A DNA stretch of 64,000 nucleotides from Hyphomonadaceae bacterium (lineage in GTDB: Bacteria; Pseudomonadota; Alphaproteobacteria; Caulobacterales; Aquidulcibacteraceae): positions 19,251-83,250 of the forward strand of contig JAIELK010000026.1 in the NCBI GenBank assembly GCA_019753175.1, written 5' to 3'. A program made the translations under genes and the position numbers. How positions within the stretch are numbered: position 1 is the stretch's first letter; every line of letters begins with the position of its first letter. This document shows, piece by piece, positions 1 through 11,760 of the stretch. A model generated the notes under the pieces. That model saw only the letters and a program-made list of their open reading frames with translations. It was not told the origin of the DNA and made no database searches.

Positions 1-892
1 CCGGATGCTCGACTTGCAGACGCGTGTTCATCTCGATGAAAAAGAACTCGCCGTCCTCGTACAGGTACTCGACCGTGCCCACGCCCAGATAGCCGAGCTT
101 GGCGATGGCCTCGGCGGTGATCTTGCCGATCTTGGCGCGGTCCTCGGCGTTGAGCGCGGGGGAGGGGGCCTCCTCCAGCACTTTTTGGTGGCGGCGCTGC
201 AGCGAACAATCGCGTTCGCCCAGGTGGATGACGTTGCCGTGGCTATCGGCGACAATCTGAATTTCGATGTGACGCGGATGGGTAAGATATTTCTCCATGT
301 AGACTTCGTCGTTGCCGAAGGCGGCCTTGGCCTCGGCGCGCGCCGTGGAGAAGGCTTCGCTTAACTCTTCCGCCGAACGCGCCACCTTCATGCCGCGCCC
401 GCCGCCGCCGGCGGCCGCCTTGATCAGCACCGGATAGCCGATCTTCTTGCCCCATTTGCGCGCCTCTTCCTCATCGGCGAGGCCGCCATCCGAGCCCGGC
501 ACCACTGGCATGCCGGTGTCGATGGCTGCCTGCTTGGCGGCGATCTTGTCGCCCATCAGACGGATATGCTCGGCAGTTGGGCCGATGAAGGTCAGCCCGT
601 GTTGGGTGACGATTTCGGCGAACTTGGCGTTCTCGGAGAGAAAGCCGTAGCCGGGGTGGATCGCCTGCGCGCCGGTGATTTCAGCCGCTGCGATAATCGA
701 AGGAATGTGCAGGTAGGACTTCGATGCTGGCGCAGGGCCGATGCAGACACTCTCGTCGGCAAGACGCACATGCATGGCGTCGGCGTCGACGGTGGAGTGC
801 ACCGCCACCGTTGCGATGCCCATCTCTTTGCAAGCGCGGTGCACCCTCAGGGCGATCTCGCCGCGATTGGCGATGAGGATTTTCTCAAACAT
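1..892 (-). CDS. accC: acetyl-CoA carboxylase biotin carboxylase subunit; N-terminal ~297 codons, 3' end runs off the window
   Basis: The reverse strand from ATG (890-892) translates [33 protein letters not shown]...[19 protein letters not shown]...[11 protein letters not shown], an ATP-grasp biotin carboxylase. It lies downstream of accB. It is absent from the ORF track because it has no in-window stop. Confidence 0.95.
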   Translation of the reverse strand, partial: MFEKILIANRGEIALRVHRACKEMGIATVAVHSTVDADAMHVRLADESVCIGPAPASKSYLHIPSIIAAAEITGAQAIHPGYGFLSENAKFAEIVTQHGLTFIGPTAEHIRLMGDKIAAKQAAIDTGMPVVPGSDGGLADEEEARKWGKKIGYPVLIKAAAGGGGRGMKVARSAEELSEAFSTARAEAKAAFGNDEVYMEKYLTHPRHIEIQIVADSHGNVIHLGERDCSLQRRHQKVLEEAPSPALNAEDRAKIGKITAEAIAKLGYLGVGTVEYLYEDGEFFFIEMNTRLQVEHP

Positions 893-904
893 GGGGATAG
901 CCGC

Positions 905-1015
905 GCATGGCGAATGGCGAATGGCGAGTGGGGGTTGGCGCTTCGGCGACAGTGCGTGGCGTTCGCAAGCGGGCGCTCACCTCGCCCTTCGCCCTTCGCC
1001 ATTCACTATTCGCCC
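905..1015. repeat. imperfect palindromic REP-like element built from GGCGAAT/GGCGAAG units, in the accB-accC spacer
   Basis: The left arm is tggcgaatggcgaatggcgagtgggg. The right arm is ctcgcccttcgcccttcgccattcactattcgcc, whose reverse complement is ggcgaatagtgaatggcgaagggcgaagggcgag. A related element lies at 46422-46500. Confidence 0.6.
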
Positions 1016-1501
1016 TCATTCGATAATCGCCAGCGCTTCGCCGTACTCGACCGGCTGGGCGTCCGTCACCAGGATGGCGATGACCTTGCCGGCGCGTGGG
1101 GCGGGGATCGGGTTGAACGTCTTCATCGCCTCGACGACCATGATGGTCTGACCCTCTGTGACGGTGTCGCCGATCTTGATGAAAGCCGGCGCGCCGGGCT
1201 CCGGGGAGAGATACGCAGTGCCGACCATCGGCGAGGGCACAGCGCCGGGATGCTTGCCGGGATCTGCGGCAACCGTGCTTGCGGGCGATAGCGCCGCGGA
1301 TGCGGCTGTCGGAGCGACCGCCGCCGGTGGCGCGGCGTGCACCACGTGCGTCTGCATCGGCGCCACGGCCGCGGTCAGCGTACGCGCCAGGCGCAGTCGC
1401 AGCTCGCCGTGCTCGACCTCGATCTCGCTCAAGCCGGTATCGGACAGGATCGCCGCCAGTTCACGCACGAGATTGGGGTCGATGGTCTTCTTGTCGCTCA
1501 T
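1016..1501 (-). CDS. accB: acetyl-CoA carboxylase biotin carboxyl carrier protein
   Basis: The C-terminal biotinyl domain carries the EAMKTFNPI motif, preceded by an Ala/Pro-rich linker. ATG at 1501 (MSDKKTIDP) has an AGGAAA Shine-Dalgarno and is preferred over GTG at 1519. The gene order aroQ-accB-accC is conserved. Confidence 0.93.
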   Translation of the reverse strand: MSDKKTIDPNLVRELAAILSDTGLSEIEVEHGELRLRLARTLTAAVAPMQTHVVHAAPPAAVAPTAASAALSPASTVAADPGKHPGAVPSPMVGTAYLSPEPGAPAFIKIGDTVTEGQTIMVVEAMKTFNPIPAPRAGKVIAILVTDAQPVEYGEALAIIE

Positions 1502-1515
1502 GGGTTTCCTGTTGC

Positions 1516-1971
1516 TCACGGCGTGCTTTCTCGGGCGATGAGGGCGGCGGCCTCGATGGCGAGGAGGTAGGACGTGGCGCCGAAGCCAGCGATCACCCCC
1601 CGAGCCGCTCTACCCACCAGCGAGGCGTGGCGAAAGTCCTCACGCGCCGCCGGGTTGGAGAGATGGGTCTCGATCACGGGGACAGAAATCGCCTTGATCG
1701 CGTCGTGCAGCGCCACCGAGGTATGGCTGTAGCCGCCGGCATTGAGCACGACCGCCGCAGCGGCCTCGCGCGCCTCCTGCAGCCAGTTCACCAGGTCGCC
1801 TTCGACATTGGACTGGCGGCATACGATGCCGAAGCCGAGCTGCCCCGCCCGCTCACCGCACGCCTGTTCGATCTCGGCCAGGGTCACGCGCCCATAGATT
1901 TCCGGCTCGCGGGTTCCGAGCAGGTTCAAGTTTGGGCCGTTGAGAACGTAAATGGGCTTGGGGCTCGCCAT
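1516..1971 (-). CDS. aroQ: type II 3-dehydroquinate dehydratase
   Basis: 151 aa. [21 protein letters not shown]...[15 protein letters not shown]...[15 protein letters not shown] is typical of AroQ. Confidence 0.93.
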   Translation of the reverse strand: MASPKPIYVLNGPNLNLLGTREPEIYGRVTLAEIEQACGERAGQLGFGIVCRQSNVEGDLVNWLQEAREAAAAVVLNAGGYSHTSVALHDAIKAISVPVIETHLSNPAAREDFRHASLVGRAARGVIAGFGATSYLLAIEAAALIARESTP

Positions 1972-2032
1972 GCGCCTTCGAGCGGTTGATGGGGGGCCGG
2001 GGGGGCCTTAAGTCGGGCGGATAGGAAGCAAG

Positions 2033-2233
2033 ATGCGCGTCATCGTCAATGGAGAAGTGCGAGAAGCCCCCGCCGAGGCGACCATCGCGGACCTGCTCGC
2101 CTCGCTGGGGATCGATTCCAAGCGGGTGGCGGTCGAGCGCAACCTCGAAATCGCGCCGAAGAGCTTGTGGGGGGAGATCGCGCTGGCGGAGGGCGACCGG
2201 CTGGAGATCGTGCAGTTCGTGGGGGGCGGGTGA
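2033..2233 (+). CDS. thiS: thiamine biosynthesis sulfur-carrier protein ThiS
   Basis: 66 aa with a ubiquitin-like fold signature. It ends in ...VQFVGGG (C-terminal GG) and lies upstream of thiG. Confidence 0.85.
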   Translation: MRVIVNGEVREAPAEATIADLLASLGIDSKRVAVERNLEIAPKSLWGEIALAEGDRLEIVQFVGGG

Positions 2234-2686
2234 TGGGGGCCGATACTGCTAGGTCCGCGCAGGAAGAGGCGCAGCTGGCCTTTCTCAACGCCCTAAATGA
2301 AGGCGGCGGGATTGCTGAGGCAGCAGCATATCTGGATGCCGGTGGAGACATCAACGTCGCGATTGTGCCCATGATCGAACAGACGCTGTTGCACTATGCC
2401 ACAATCCATAGACACATCGATCTCATTGAATTGCTCGCGCGGCGCGGCGCCGATCTAGACGCTCGGAATGCATTTGGCATGACAGCCATGCACCTCGCTG
2501 TTCAGCACGAATTGGATGCCATCCTCTTGCAATGGCAGGAAGCTGATTTTCCATGCGCGAGGAAACTCTTTCGTCTAGGCGCCTCTAGTGACGTTGTTGA
2601 CAACAATGGCAAGACGCCGAGGGACTATGCGGGACCTAAGGGCACCCCTATGCGTGCGGCCTTCGATGAAGCACTGATGGATCCGG

Positions 2687-2694
<8 letters not shown>
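2233..2694 (+). CDS. ankyrin-repeat protein (2-3 ANK repeats), no signal peptide
   Basis: [43 protein letters not shown] and [19 protein letters not shown] match the ANK consensus. Its ATG overlaps the thiS stop (TGATG) and its stop overlaps the thiG start (ATGACTGA). The gene is visibly A/T-richer than its flanks. Confidence 0.75.
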
Positions 2695-4601
<1,907 letters not shown>

Positions 4602-4678
4602 CGGTTGCCGCTGCGGCCGGGTTGAGCCCGCGGCGCAAAAGGCGTTAGGTGTCCTCAAGGGATTGAGGGAGACCGTCC

Positions 4679-6352
4679 ATGACCATCCGCCTTGCCGCTG
4701 CCGCGGCCGCTTTGGCGCTTGCCGCGTGCGCGACGGCCGATCAGACCCGCCAACCGCCAGCCGTTCCGGCATTCGCGCACGCGCCGCTATCGGCCGCCGC
4801 GCTGATGGAGCATATCCGCACGCTTTCATCGGATGAATTCGAGGGACGGGCCCCTGGCACGAATGGCGAGCGACTGACAGTCGACTATTTGCAACGTGCG
4901 TTTGCCGGCGCAGGGCTCGAACCGGGCGTGACGTTGCCGGATGGAACACGATCGTGGCTGCAAGAGACCACGCTGGTGGCGGCGACCCTGACAGAAGCGC
5001 CAACGCTGACGCTCACGGGCCGAACCGGAGCGCGCCAGTATCAATACGCGACGCAGTTCTCGGCTTGGACGCGCCGGCTTGATCCAACCATCTCGGTGGA
5101 GAACGCGCCGCTGGTTTTTGTCGGTTATGGCATCAACGCGCCTGAGCTTGGCTGGAACGATTATGCCGGCGTCGACATGCGCGGGAAAATCGCCGTCATC
5201 CTGATCAACGATCCCGATTTCGAAGCGGGCGAGGATCGCGGCTTCGGTGGCCGCGCCATGACCTATTACGGGCGCTGGACTTACAAGTTCGAGGAGGCCG
5301 GCCGCCAAGGCGCGGCGGGCGCGATCATCATTCACGAGACGGCGCCGGCCGCCTATCCGTGGGCGGTGATCCAATCGTCAACCGGAAGCGCGCGTTGGGA
5401 CATCGTTCGCGCCGATCGCGGCGCAAGCCGGGCCGGGTTCGAGGGCTGGATTCACAACGACGTGGCGGTGGAGACCTTCCGAAGCGCCGGTCTCGACTTC
5501 AACACGCTGAAGGCGCGCGCGCAGGCGCGCGGGTTTAGAGCTGTGCCAATGAACGTCGCCGGTTCGCTGACGCTCAACACGCGCGTCGAACAGCGTACGA
5601 CAAACAATGTCGTCGCCATGCTTCCGGGCCGCGAGCGTCCCGACGAAGTGGTGATGTACTCGGCGCACTGGGATCACCTGGGCCGTTGCCCGGCCATCAA
5701 TGGCGACGACATCTGCAATGGCGCGCTCGACAATGCCACGGGCACGGCCGCGCTGGTCGAGTTGGCGCGCCGCTTTGCCAGCGAAGGAGCCGGAGAGCGA
5801 TCTGTCGCCTTTATCGCCTTGACGGCGGAGGAACAGGGGCTGCTCGGGGCTCTGTACTACATGCAGAATCCGGTCTTTCCGGCGCACAACACCATTGCCG
5901 CCATCAACATGGACGGCATCAACAATGCCGGCTTGACTCACGACGTGGAGATTGTCGGTTACGGCAAGAGCGAGATGGATGACCTCATTGCCGAGGCGCT
6001 CACCAACCAGGGCCGCCGCGTGGCGCCAGATTCCGCGCCGGAAGCGGGCTTTTTCTATCGCTCCGACCACTTGCACTTCGCTCAACTCGGCATCCCCGTG
6101 CTCTACACCTCGAATGGCATCGACATGGTCGAGGGCGGCGAAGCGCGCGGGCGCGCAATCAACGAAGCCTATGTACGCGACAATTATCACAAGCCCTCCG
6201 ACGAGGTGACCGACGCTTGGGACATGAGCGGCGGCGTGCAGGATCTCGATGCGCTCTACGCGGTCGGGCGGCGTCTCATCGATGGCAGCGAGTGGCCGCG
6301 TTGGCGCGACAACGCCGAGTTCCGCGCCGCGCGCGACGCCTCAGGACGATAA
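4679..6352 (+). CDS. M28-family aminopeptidase with PA domain, lipoprotein
   Basis: Lipobox LALAAC near the N-terminus. M28 metal-binding blocks are present: HWDHLG, DNATGTAALVELARRF, TAEEQGLLGA, INMDG and SDHLHF. Confidence 0.85.
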   Translation: MTIRLAAAAAALALAACATADQTRQPPAVPAFAHAPLSAAALMEHIRTLSSDEFEGRAPGTNGERLTVDYLQRAFAGAGLEPGVTLPDGTRSWLQETTLVAATLTEAPTLTLTGRTGARQYQYATQFSAWTRRLDPTISVENAPLVFVGYGINAPELGWNDYAGVDMRGKIAVILINDPDFEAGEDRGFGGRAMTYYGRWTYKFEEAGRQGAAGAIIIHETAPAAYPWAVIQSSTGSARWDIVRADRGASRAGFEGWIHNDVAVETFRSAGLDFNTLKARAQARGFRAVPMNVAGSLTLNTRVEQRTTNNVVAMLPGRERPDEVVMYSAHWDHLGRCPAINGDDICNGALDNATGTAALVELARRFASEGAGERSVAFIALTAEEQGLLGALYYMQNPVFPAHNTIAAINMDGINNAGLTHDVEIVGYGKSEMDDLIAEALTNQGRRVAPDSAPEAGFFYRSDHLHFAQLGIPVLYTSNGIDMVEGGEARGRAINEAYVRDNYHKPSDEVTDAWDMSGGVQDLDALYAVGRRLIDGSEWPRWRDNAEFRAARDASGR

Positions 6353-6360
6353 CCCCCGCG

Positions 6361-6396
6361 CGCGAGCGAAATGCGAATTACTCGCTCCCTTTTTTG
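6361..6396 (+). terminator. possible rho-independent terminator after the M28 peptidase gene
   Basis: gcgagcga-loop-tcgctc followed by cctttttt. The stem is short and the loop is 12 nt, so this is weak. Confidence 0.35.
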
Positions 6397-6474
6397 TTGC
6401 GAGACCGCAATGACGGTATAGTGTTCTGCGCTGGGAGGAGCGCTTACACGAGCGCCATTGCGTTGGGGGGATAG

Positions 6475-7617
6475 ATGAAAGCATGGAAGCGCGCGGCTGC
6501 GCTTGCGCCTGCGTTGATTGCGGCGGCGGGGTGCGAGACGATCGGAAACACAACCCGCGACTGGGCTGGGCTCGACGAGAGCCCAGTACGCACTGAATAT
6601 GATGACGGTCGTCCGGCCGGTGGTCTGCCTCGGGCCGGGAACGACGCCCGCGACAATCTGGTATCGGCGATTCGAGAGCTTGTCGGCGGCGGGTCCGCGA
6701 TCAGTGCCGAAGTACAGACGCGACGCGCACATGCGGTCTTTGCGCGCGCGGAGGAGTACTACCACGTCGGCCGTCTGGCCATGCGCTCGCAGTGCGAAAG
6801 CTTCATGCAGACGCTCGCTTCGGTCGATGGGCAGACCACGTTTGGGCGCGATCTAGCGAACAATTTCTTCGACACCGCCACCGTGGCAGCGACCATCTCC
6901 AATTCGCCCACCATCTGGGCGACAGGCCTGTCGGCGACGCAGAATTCGTTCAACTCGATCAGCGGCAGCACGGAGCGCTTTCTCCTGCTGACCGATTCCG
7001 TTGGGGCGCTGCGTGAACGCGTCGTGCATCGGATGGAAAGCGCCGAAAGCGACACGCCGTCGTTCGCGGAATACAAGAATGACGACGGAAGCCTCAAGGA
7101 TAGTGTGACGAGTGCGGTCGCGCTCGACATGGCGCGCCAGTCAGTCGAGGCGGTGCAACGCTATGGCGCGCCGTGCACCGAAGCAGGCCTGCGGCTTATC
7201 ATCGCCGAGGCGCTCAGCACCAATGGTATCGCCCGGCAGGCTCAGGAAGCGCGTCAGCGCAGCAGTGTCGAGGTGCTGGAGTCGATCATCAATACCACGA
7301 CCGTCGAGGGGCAAGAGCGCTATGTTGTACGCACGCGCGACCTTCAGCTGATGTATGTATGGGCGCTGACCGCGGGTGAGGAAGAACCCGAGGGCGAGAC
7401 TGGCAAGATCCGCAATCAGATCGAGTTCGAACTGCCCTATCTCGCCGCGCTCAGGGGCGGCGACGAGAGCCGGGTCTCCTACTACGTGCAACAGATCGCC
7501 AGCGAGCGGCCGCAATTGCGGGATGCGGTGGGTGCGGTGCGTGCAGAGTTGCTCGCCGCGTATCAGACGCGAACCACCGCCAATACGCCGCAGGCGCCGG
7601 AGCAACCGTCAGAATAG
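6475..7617 (+). CDS. hypothetical lipoprotein
   Basis: 380 aa with signal/lipobox LIAAAGC. I recognise no domain. Its coding potential is inferred only from its length and from the absence of a better-supported gene on either strand at this position. Confidence 0.6.
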   Translation: MKAWKRAAALAPALIAAAGCETIGNTTRDWAGLDESPVRTEYDDGRPAGGLPRAGNDARDNLVSAIRELVGGGSAISAEVQTRRAHAVFARAEEYYHVGRLAMRSQCESFMQTLASVDGQTTFGRDLANNFFDTATVAATISNSPTIWATGLSATQNSFNSISGSTERFLLLTDSVGALRERVVHRMESAESDTPSFAEYKNDDGSLKDSVTSAVALDMARQSVEAVQRYGAPCTEAGLRLIIAEALSTNGIARQAQEARQRSSVEVLESIINTTTVEGQERYVVRTRDLQLMYVWALTAGEEEPEGETGKIRNQIEFELPYLAALRGGDESRVSYYVQQIASERPQLRDAVGAVRAELLAAYQTRTTANTPQAPEQPSE

Positions 7618-7657
7618 GCGCGAGCATCGCAGCCAAGAATCGTTCTAGCCTCGCCAC

Positions 7658-9466
7658 ATGGCGCAGGCGGCGGTGATATCCACAGGGACGGCAAGCGCCG
7701 GCGCGTTTCTTGGCGTAGAGCGCTCGCTCACCGGAAGGCGATGGCGCGCCCGCGACGCTGACCTCTCGCTGGTTGAAGCGCTACGCCGGCGCTTTTCATT
7801 GCCCGAGATTGCCGCGCGATTGATGGCGTCGCGGGGGATCACGCTTGAGGCTGCGCCGGGGTTCCTTGAGCCGACGCTGAAGACGCACTTTCCCGATCCC
7901 TCTTCCTTCGCGGACATGGATGAAGCCGCGCGCGTGATTGAGGACGCGATCGTGCTCAATCGACGCTGCGCCGTGTTCGCCGACTATGATGTCGACGGCG
8001 GCTCGTCTGCAGCGCAGATCGTGCGCTATTTCCGCGCGCGCGGCCGTGAGTTGCTGATCTACGTGCCCGACCGGATGAAGGAGGGCTACGGACCTTCTGC
8101 GCTCGCGTTCGAACGCTTGAAGGCGCAGGGCGTCGAACTGGTTATCACCGTCGATTGCGGCGCAGCCGCCGAAGGTCCGCTTAACGCCGCCGCCGACATG
8201 GGCCTCGACGTTGTCGTGCTCGACCATCACTTGATGAGCGGGCCGCCGCCTAGAGCGCGCGCCGTGGTCAACCCCAATCGGCTCGATTGTCCGTCGGGCC
8301 AGGGCCACCTGACCGCCGCCGGCGTCGTGCTGGTGGCGCTTGCGGCGGTCAATCGCGAAGCGCGCCGGCGCGGGTCGATCGGGTCGAACAATTTGCCTGA
8401 TCTCGTGCAGACGCTCGATCTCGCCGCCATCGGCACGGTCTGTGATGTAGCGCCGCTCACGGGATTTAACCGCGCCATTGTCGCCCAAGGCCTCAAGGTG
8501 CTGCGCAATGGCAAGAACATTGGGCTTGTCGCGTTAGCCGAGAACGCCGGCCGTAAGGGGCACGCGAGCGTCTATGATTTCGGTTTCGTACTCGGGCCGC
8601 GCATCAACGCCGGTGGCCGCGTTGGCGATGCGTCGCTAGCGACGCGCTTGCTTTCAACCGAAGACGCCGATGAGGCGCGCGAGCTGGCTGCGACATTGGA
8701 AGCCCTTAACCAGGAGCGCCGCCAGCGCGAAGCCGAGATGTTGGCCGAGGCGGAGACGGCGGCGATCGCCGAAGCCGAGCAGCGCGCCGTCGTCATCGTC
8801 GGCTCTCACCTTTGGCATCCCGGAGTCATCGGCATCGCCGCCGGGCGACTCAAGGATAAGCTGTTGAAGCCAACAATCGTGCTCGGCGGGGTCAATCAGC
8901 ACGAGCCGGCGAAAGGTTCAGGCCGATCGACGCCTGGCGTCAATCTTGGCGCGGCGGTCGCGGCAGCGAAAGAGGCGGGGCTCTTGATCAATGGCGGCGG
9001 TCACGCAGCGGCGGCAGGGCTCACGGTGGAGTGGGCGCGCGTCGAGGCGCTGAAGGACTTCCTGTCGGAACGGCTCCAAGGTGAACTTGCGGCGGCCGAA
9101 GGCGAGGCGCGCGCGTTATCGATCGATGCGAGCGGCGGCATCGGCGCACTCGATCTGTCGCTCATCGATGCGCTCGACCGTATCGGTCCCTACGGTCCTG
9201 GTCATCCCGAACCGGTTTTCGCGCTCGCTGACGTGCGCGTGCCGTTCGCCAAGCTGGTGAAGGAAGATCACGTGCGCTTCACGCTTGAAGACGTGCGTGG
9301 GGCGCGCATCGGCGGCATCGCCTTCCGGGCGATGAAGGGTCCTCTCGGCGAAGCTCTTATGAAACGGGACGCGACATACCACGCGGCGGTGCGCGTCAAG
9401 AAAAACGAGTGGAACGAGACGGTGCGCGTGGAGGTGGAGATCGTGGACCTAGCGAAGGCGGGCTAG
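7658..9466 (+). CDS. recJ: single-stranded-DNA-specific exonuclease RecJ
   Basis: 602 aa. DHH/DHHA1 motifs are present: VFADYDVDGGSS, ITVDCG, LDHH and GGGHAAAAG. Confidence 0.93.
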   Translation: MAQAAVISTGTASAGAFLGVERSLTGRRWRARDADLSLVEALRRRFSLPEIAARLMASRGITLEAAPGFLEPTLKTHFPDPSSFADMDEAARVIEDAIVLNRRCAVFADYDVDGGSSAAQIVRYFRARGRELLIYVPDRMKEGYGPSALAFERLKAQGVELVITVDCGAAAEGPLNAAADMGLDVVVLDHHLMSGPPPRARAVVNPNRLDCPSGQGHLTAAGVVLVALAAVNREARRRGSIGSNNLPDLVQTLDLAAIGTVCDVAPLTGFNRAIVAQGLKVLRNGKNIGLVALAENAGRKGHASVYDFGFVLGPRINAGGRVGDASLATRLLSTEDADEARELAATLEALNQERRQREAEMLAEAETAAIAEAEQRAVVIVGSHLWHPGVIGIAAGRLKDKLLKPTIVLGGVNQHEPAKGSGRSTPGVNLGAAVAAAKEAGLLINGGGHAAAAGLTVEWARVEALKDFLSERLQGELAAAEGEARALSIDASGGIGALDLSLIDALDRIGPYGPGHPEPVFALADVRVPFAKLVKEDHVRFTLEDVRGARIGGIAFRAMKGPLGEALMKRDATYHAAVRVKKNEWNETVRVEVEIVDLAKAG

Positions 9467-9476
9467 CCGGCGACCG

Positions 9477-9551
9477 TGGCAGGCCCTAGGGGAGTCGAAC
9501 CCCTCTTTTCAGGTTGAAAACCTGACGTCCTAACCGATAGACGAAGGGCCC
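9477..9551 (-). tRNA. tRNA-Glu (anticodon UUC)
   Basis: The reverse complement is GGGCCCTTCGTCTATCGGTTAGGACGTCAGGTTTTCAACCTGAAAAGAGGGGTTCGACTCCCCTAGGGCCTGCCA. The anticodon loop is TTTTCAA, the T-arm is AGGGG/CCCCT, there is a G1-U72 wobble, and CCA is encoded. Confidence 0.9.
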
Positions 9552-9661
9552 ACGGAACCGCTGTTTCGCGGGGAAGCGGCCATATAGAGGCGTCCGGCGG
9601 CGCTGGCAAGCGGGCGAAAGCCGCCACTTCCGTGGGTCGCCCCACATGCTAGACAGGGTCA

Positions 9662-10141
9662 ATGTCCTGGGTCCAAGGCGCGCGCGCTTTATCCTTTGCA
9701 GTGCTTGTAGCGGTCGGCGGGTGCACCCAATCCGAACCCCAACCCGTGCTGTCCGAGGCCGGCCTTGAGATCGAGGAGCTGACGGTCGATACGGCCAACG
9801 GCCCCGTGCGCTTCACGGTGGAAATCGCCGACGACGATCGTGAGCGCGCGCGCGGGCTCATGTTCCGTCAAGCACTCGCCGACGATCGTGGCATGCTGTT
9901 CCATTTCCAGGAGCCGGAGTACGCGAGCTTCTGGATGCGCAATACGGTGATTTCGCTCGATATCATTTTCATCGGCGTCGACGGGCGCATCCTCAATATC
10001 GCCGAACGGACGACGCCTTACTCCGAAGAAGGCATCCCGTCCGTGGGTTTAACACGCGGGGTGCTCGAAATCCGCGGCGGCCGCGCTGCCGAGCTGGGCA
10101 TTAGCCCGGGCGACAAGGTCAATCACCGTATCTTCGAGTGA
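9662..10141 (+). CDS. DUF192-domain protein, lipoprotein
   Basis: 159 aa with lipobox VAVGGC. RGLMFR...MLFHF...FWMRNTVISLDIIFI...VLEIRGG is typical of DUF192. Confidence 0.75.
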   Translation: MSWVQGARALSFAVLVAVGGCTQSEPQPVLSEAGLEIEELTVDTANGPVRFTVEIADDDRERARGLMFRQALADDRGMLFHFQEPEYASFWMRNTVISLDIIFIGVDGRILNIAERTTPYSEEGIPSVGLTRGVLEIRGGRAAELGISPGDKVNHRIFE

Positions 10142-10145
10142 GCCG

Positions 10146-10177
10146 GCCGCGCGCCCGCCAATGTTGGCGGCGCGCGC
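10146..10177. terminator. GC-rich hairpin between convergent genes (possible bidirectional terminator)
   Basis: gccgcgcgcccgccaa-tg-ttggcggcgcgcgc with one bulge. It sits between the DUF192 stop (10141) and the dctM stop (10180). There is no clear T-tract. Confidence 0.4.
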
Positions 10178-10179
10178 AC

Positions 10180-11760
10180 TCAACGATAGAGCACGCCCGG
10201 TAGCCAAGTGGCGAGCGCCGGGAACAACGCGACCAGGATCAGCGCGAGGATCTGAAGGCCGATGAACGGGACCGCTCCCTTATAGATGTCGATCGTGCGC
10301 ACCTGGGGCGGCGCAACGCCGCGCAAATAGAAAAGCGCGAAGCCGAAAGGCGGGGTGAGGAAGGACGTCTGCAGGTTCACCGCCATCATCACGCCGAGCC
10401 ACAATGGGTCGGCGCCCATCATGATGAGCGGCACTGCCACCAGCGGCACGACGACGAAACAGATTTCGATGAAGTCGAGGAAGAAGCCGAGCACGAACAT
10501 CACCAGCATGACCGCGATCATCGCGCCGGTGAGGCCGCCGGGCACACCTTCCAGCATGGAAGCGACCCACTCATCGCCGCCCAAGCCGCGGAACACCAAG
10601 GTGAAGAGAGCGGCCCCGATCAAGATGACAAACACCATAGCCGTGATGTCGACGGTCGACCGTAAAGCTGGGCGCAAGTGCTGCGCTCGGGCGAGGATCC
10701 AGAACGCGCATGCAAGACCTGCCGCCGCAAGGATAGCCAAACCTGCGCCGAGGATGGTCACAATGAGAGCGAGCGCGCCATCGCCGCCGAACATCACCGG
10801 GAGGTTTACCGACAAGCGCAGAGCCGCGAGAAGGGCAAGCGCGCCGGCGCCAGCCAGGGCGAGCCGCGCCGGCCATTGGGCGCCGCGGCCGGAATCCCAT
10901 TCCATGCGCAGCGCCGCCAGAAAGGCGGCTCCTGCCGCGCCCACGGCTGCGCCCTCAGTCGGCGTGGCGATGCCAAATAGGATCGAGCCGAGCACCGCAA
11001 CGATCAAGATGATGGGCGCCGCAAGCGCACGCAGCACCCGATCCCAACCCGGCACGCCCGCTTCGCCTGCTGGAGCGGCGGAGGGATTCAGCCAAGCCGT
11101 GAGGGCTTGATAGATGAGATAAAGCCCGACCAGCAAAAGCCCCGGGATCAGCGCGCCGGCGAACAGATCGCCAACCGACACGACGGTGGGCGAAGCGACG
11201 CCCATTTGTAATTGGGCTTTCTGGTTCGCCGTGCCGATCACATCGCCCAGCAGGATCAAGACCACCGAGGGCGGAATGATCTGGCCGAGCGTGCCGGCTG
11301 CTGCGATCGAACCGGCGGCTAGGGATTTGGAATAACCTCGCCGCAGCATCACGGGCAAAGCGAGCAGACCCATGGTCACGACTGTCGCGCCGACCACGCC
11401 CGTCGATGCAGCGAGCAACGCCCCAACAAGCGTCGTGGCGTAGAGTAGGCCGCCGCGCGCGCGTCCGAACAGATCGCCCATGGTGGAGAGCAAATCCTCC
11501 GCGATCTTGGAGCGCTCCAGGATCACGCCCATAAGAATAAAGAGCGGCACAGCTGTCAGCGTGGCGTTGGTCATCGACCCGAAAATACGTTGCGGAAACG
11601 CCGCCAGATATGCGGGCGAAAACACGCCGAGCGACATTCCGATCACGGCATAAACCAGGGCGACGCCCGCGAGCGTGAAGGCCACCGGGTAGCCGCACAG
11701 GATCGCGCCGATGAGGGTCGCGAACATCAAGATGTCGAGAAGGCCGTGGATGTCGCTCAC
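10180..11760 (-). CDS. dctM: TRAP transporter large permease (COG4664-type, extended DctM)
   Basis: Polytopic membrane protein. GTG at 11760 is preceded by GGGGGAGGG and overlaps the dctQ stop (GTGA). The 591-aa ORF in the track is an upstream extension that overlaps dctQ. Confidence 0.88.
   Translation of the reverse strand: MSDIHGLLDILMFATLIGAILCGYPVAFTLAGVALVYAVIGMSLGVFSPAYLAAFPQRIFGSMTNATLTAVPLFILMGVILERSKIAEDLLSTMGDLFGRARGGLLYATTLVGALLAASTGVVGATVVTMGLLALPVMLRRGYSKSLAAGSIAAAGTLGQIIPPSVVLILLGDVIGTANQKAQLQMGVASPTVVSVGDLFAGALIPGLLLVGLYLIYQALTAWLNPSAAPAGEAGVPGWDRVLRALAAPIILIVAVLGSILFGIATPTEGAAVGAAGAAFLAALRMEWDSGRGAQWPARLALAGAGALALLAALRLSVNLPVMFGGDGALALIVTILGAGLAILAAAGLACAFWILARAQHLRPALRSTVDITAMVFVILIGAALFTLVFRGLGGDEWVASMLEGVPGGLTGAMIAVMLVMFVLGFFLDFIEICFVVVPLVAVPLIMMGADPLWLGVMMAVNLQTSFLTPPFGFALFYLRGVAPPQVRTIDIYKGAVPFIGLQILALILVALFPALATWLPGVLYR

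Noticed and set aside
1972-2032. An expected TPP (THI-box) riboswitch upstream of thiS.
   Set aside because: Only 61 nt separate the divergent aroQ and thiS. They lack the conserved CTGAGA...ACCTGATCTGGATAATGCCAGCG-type core.
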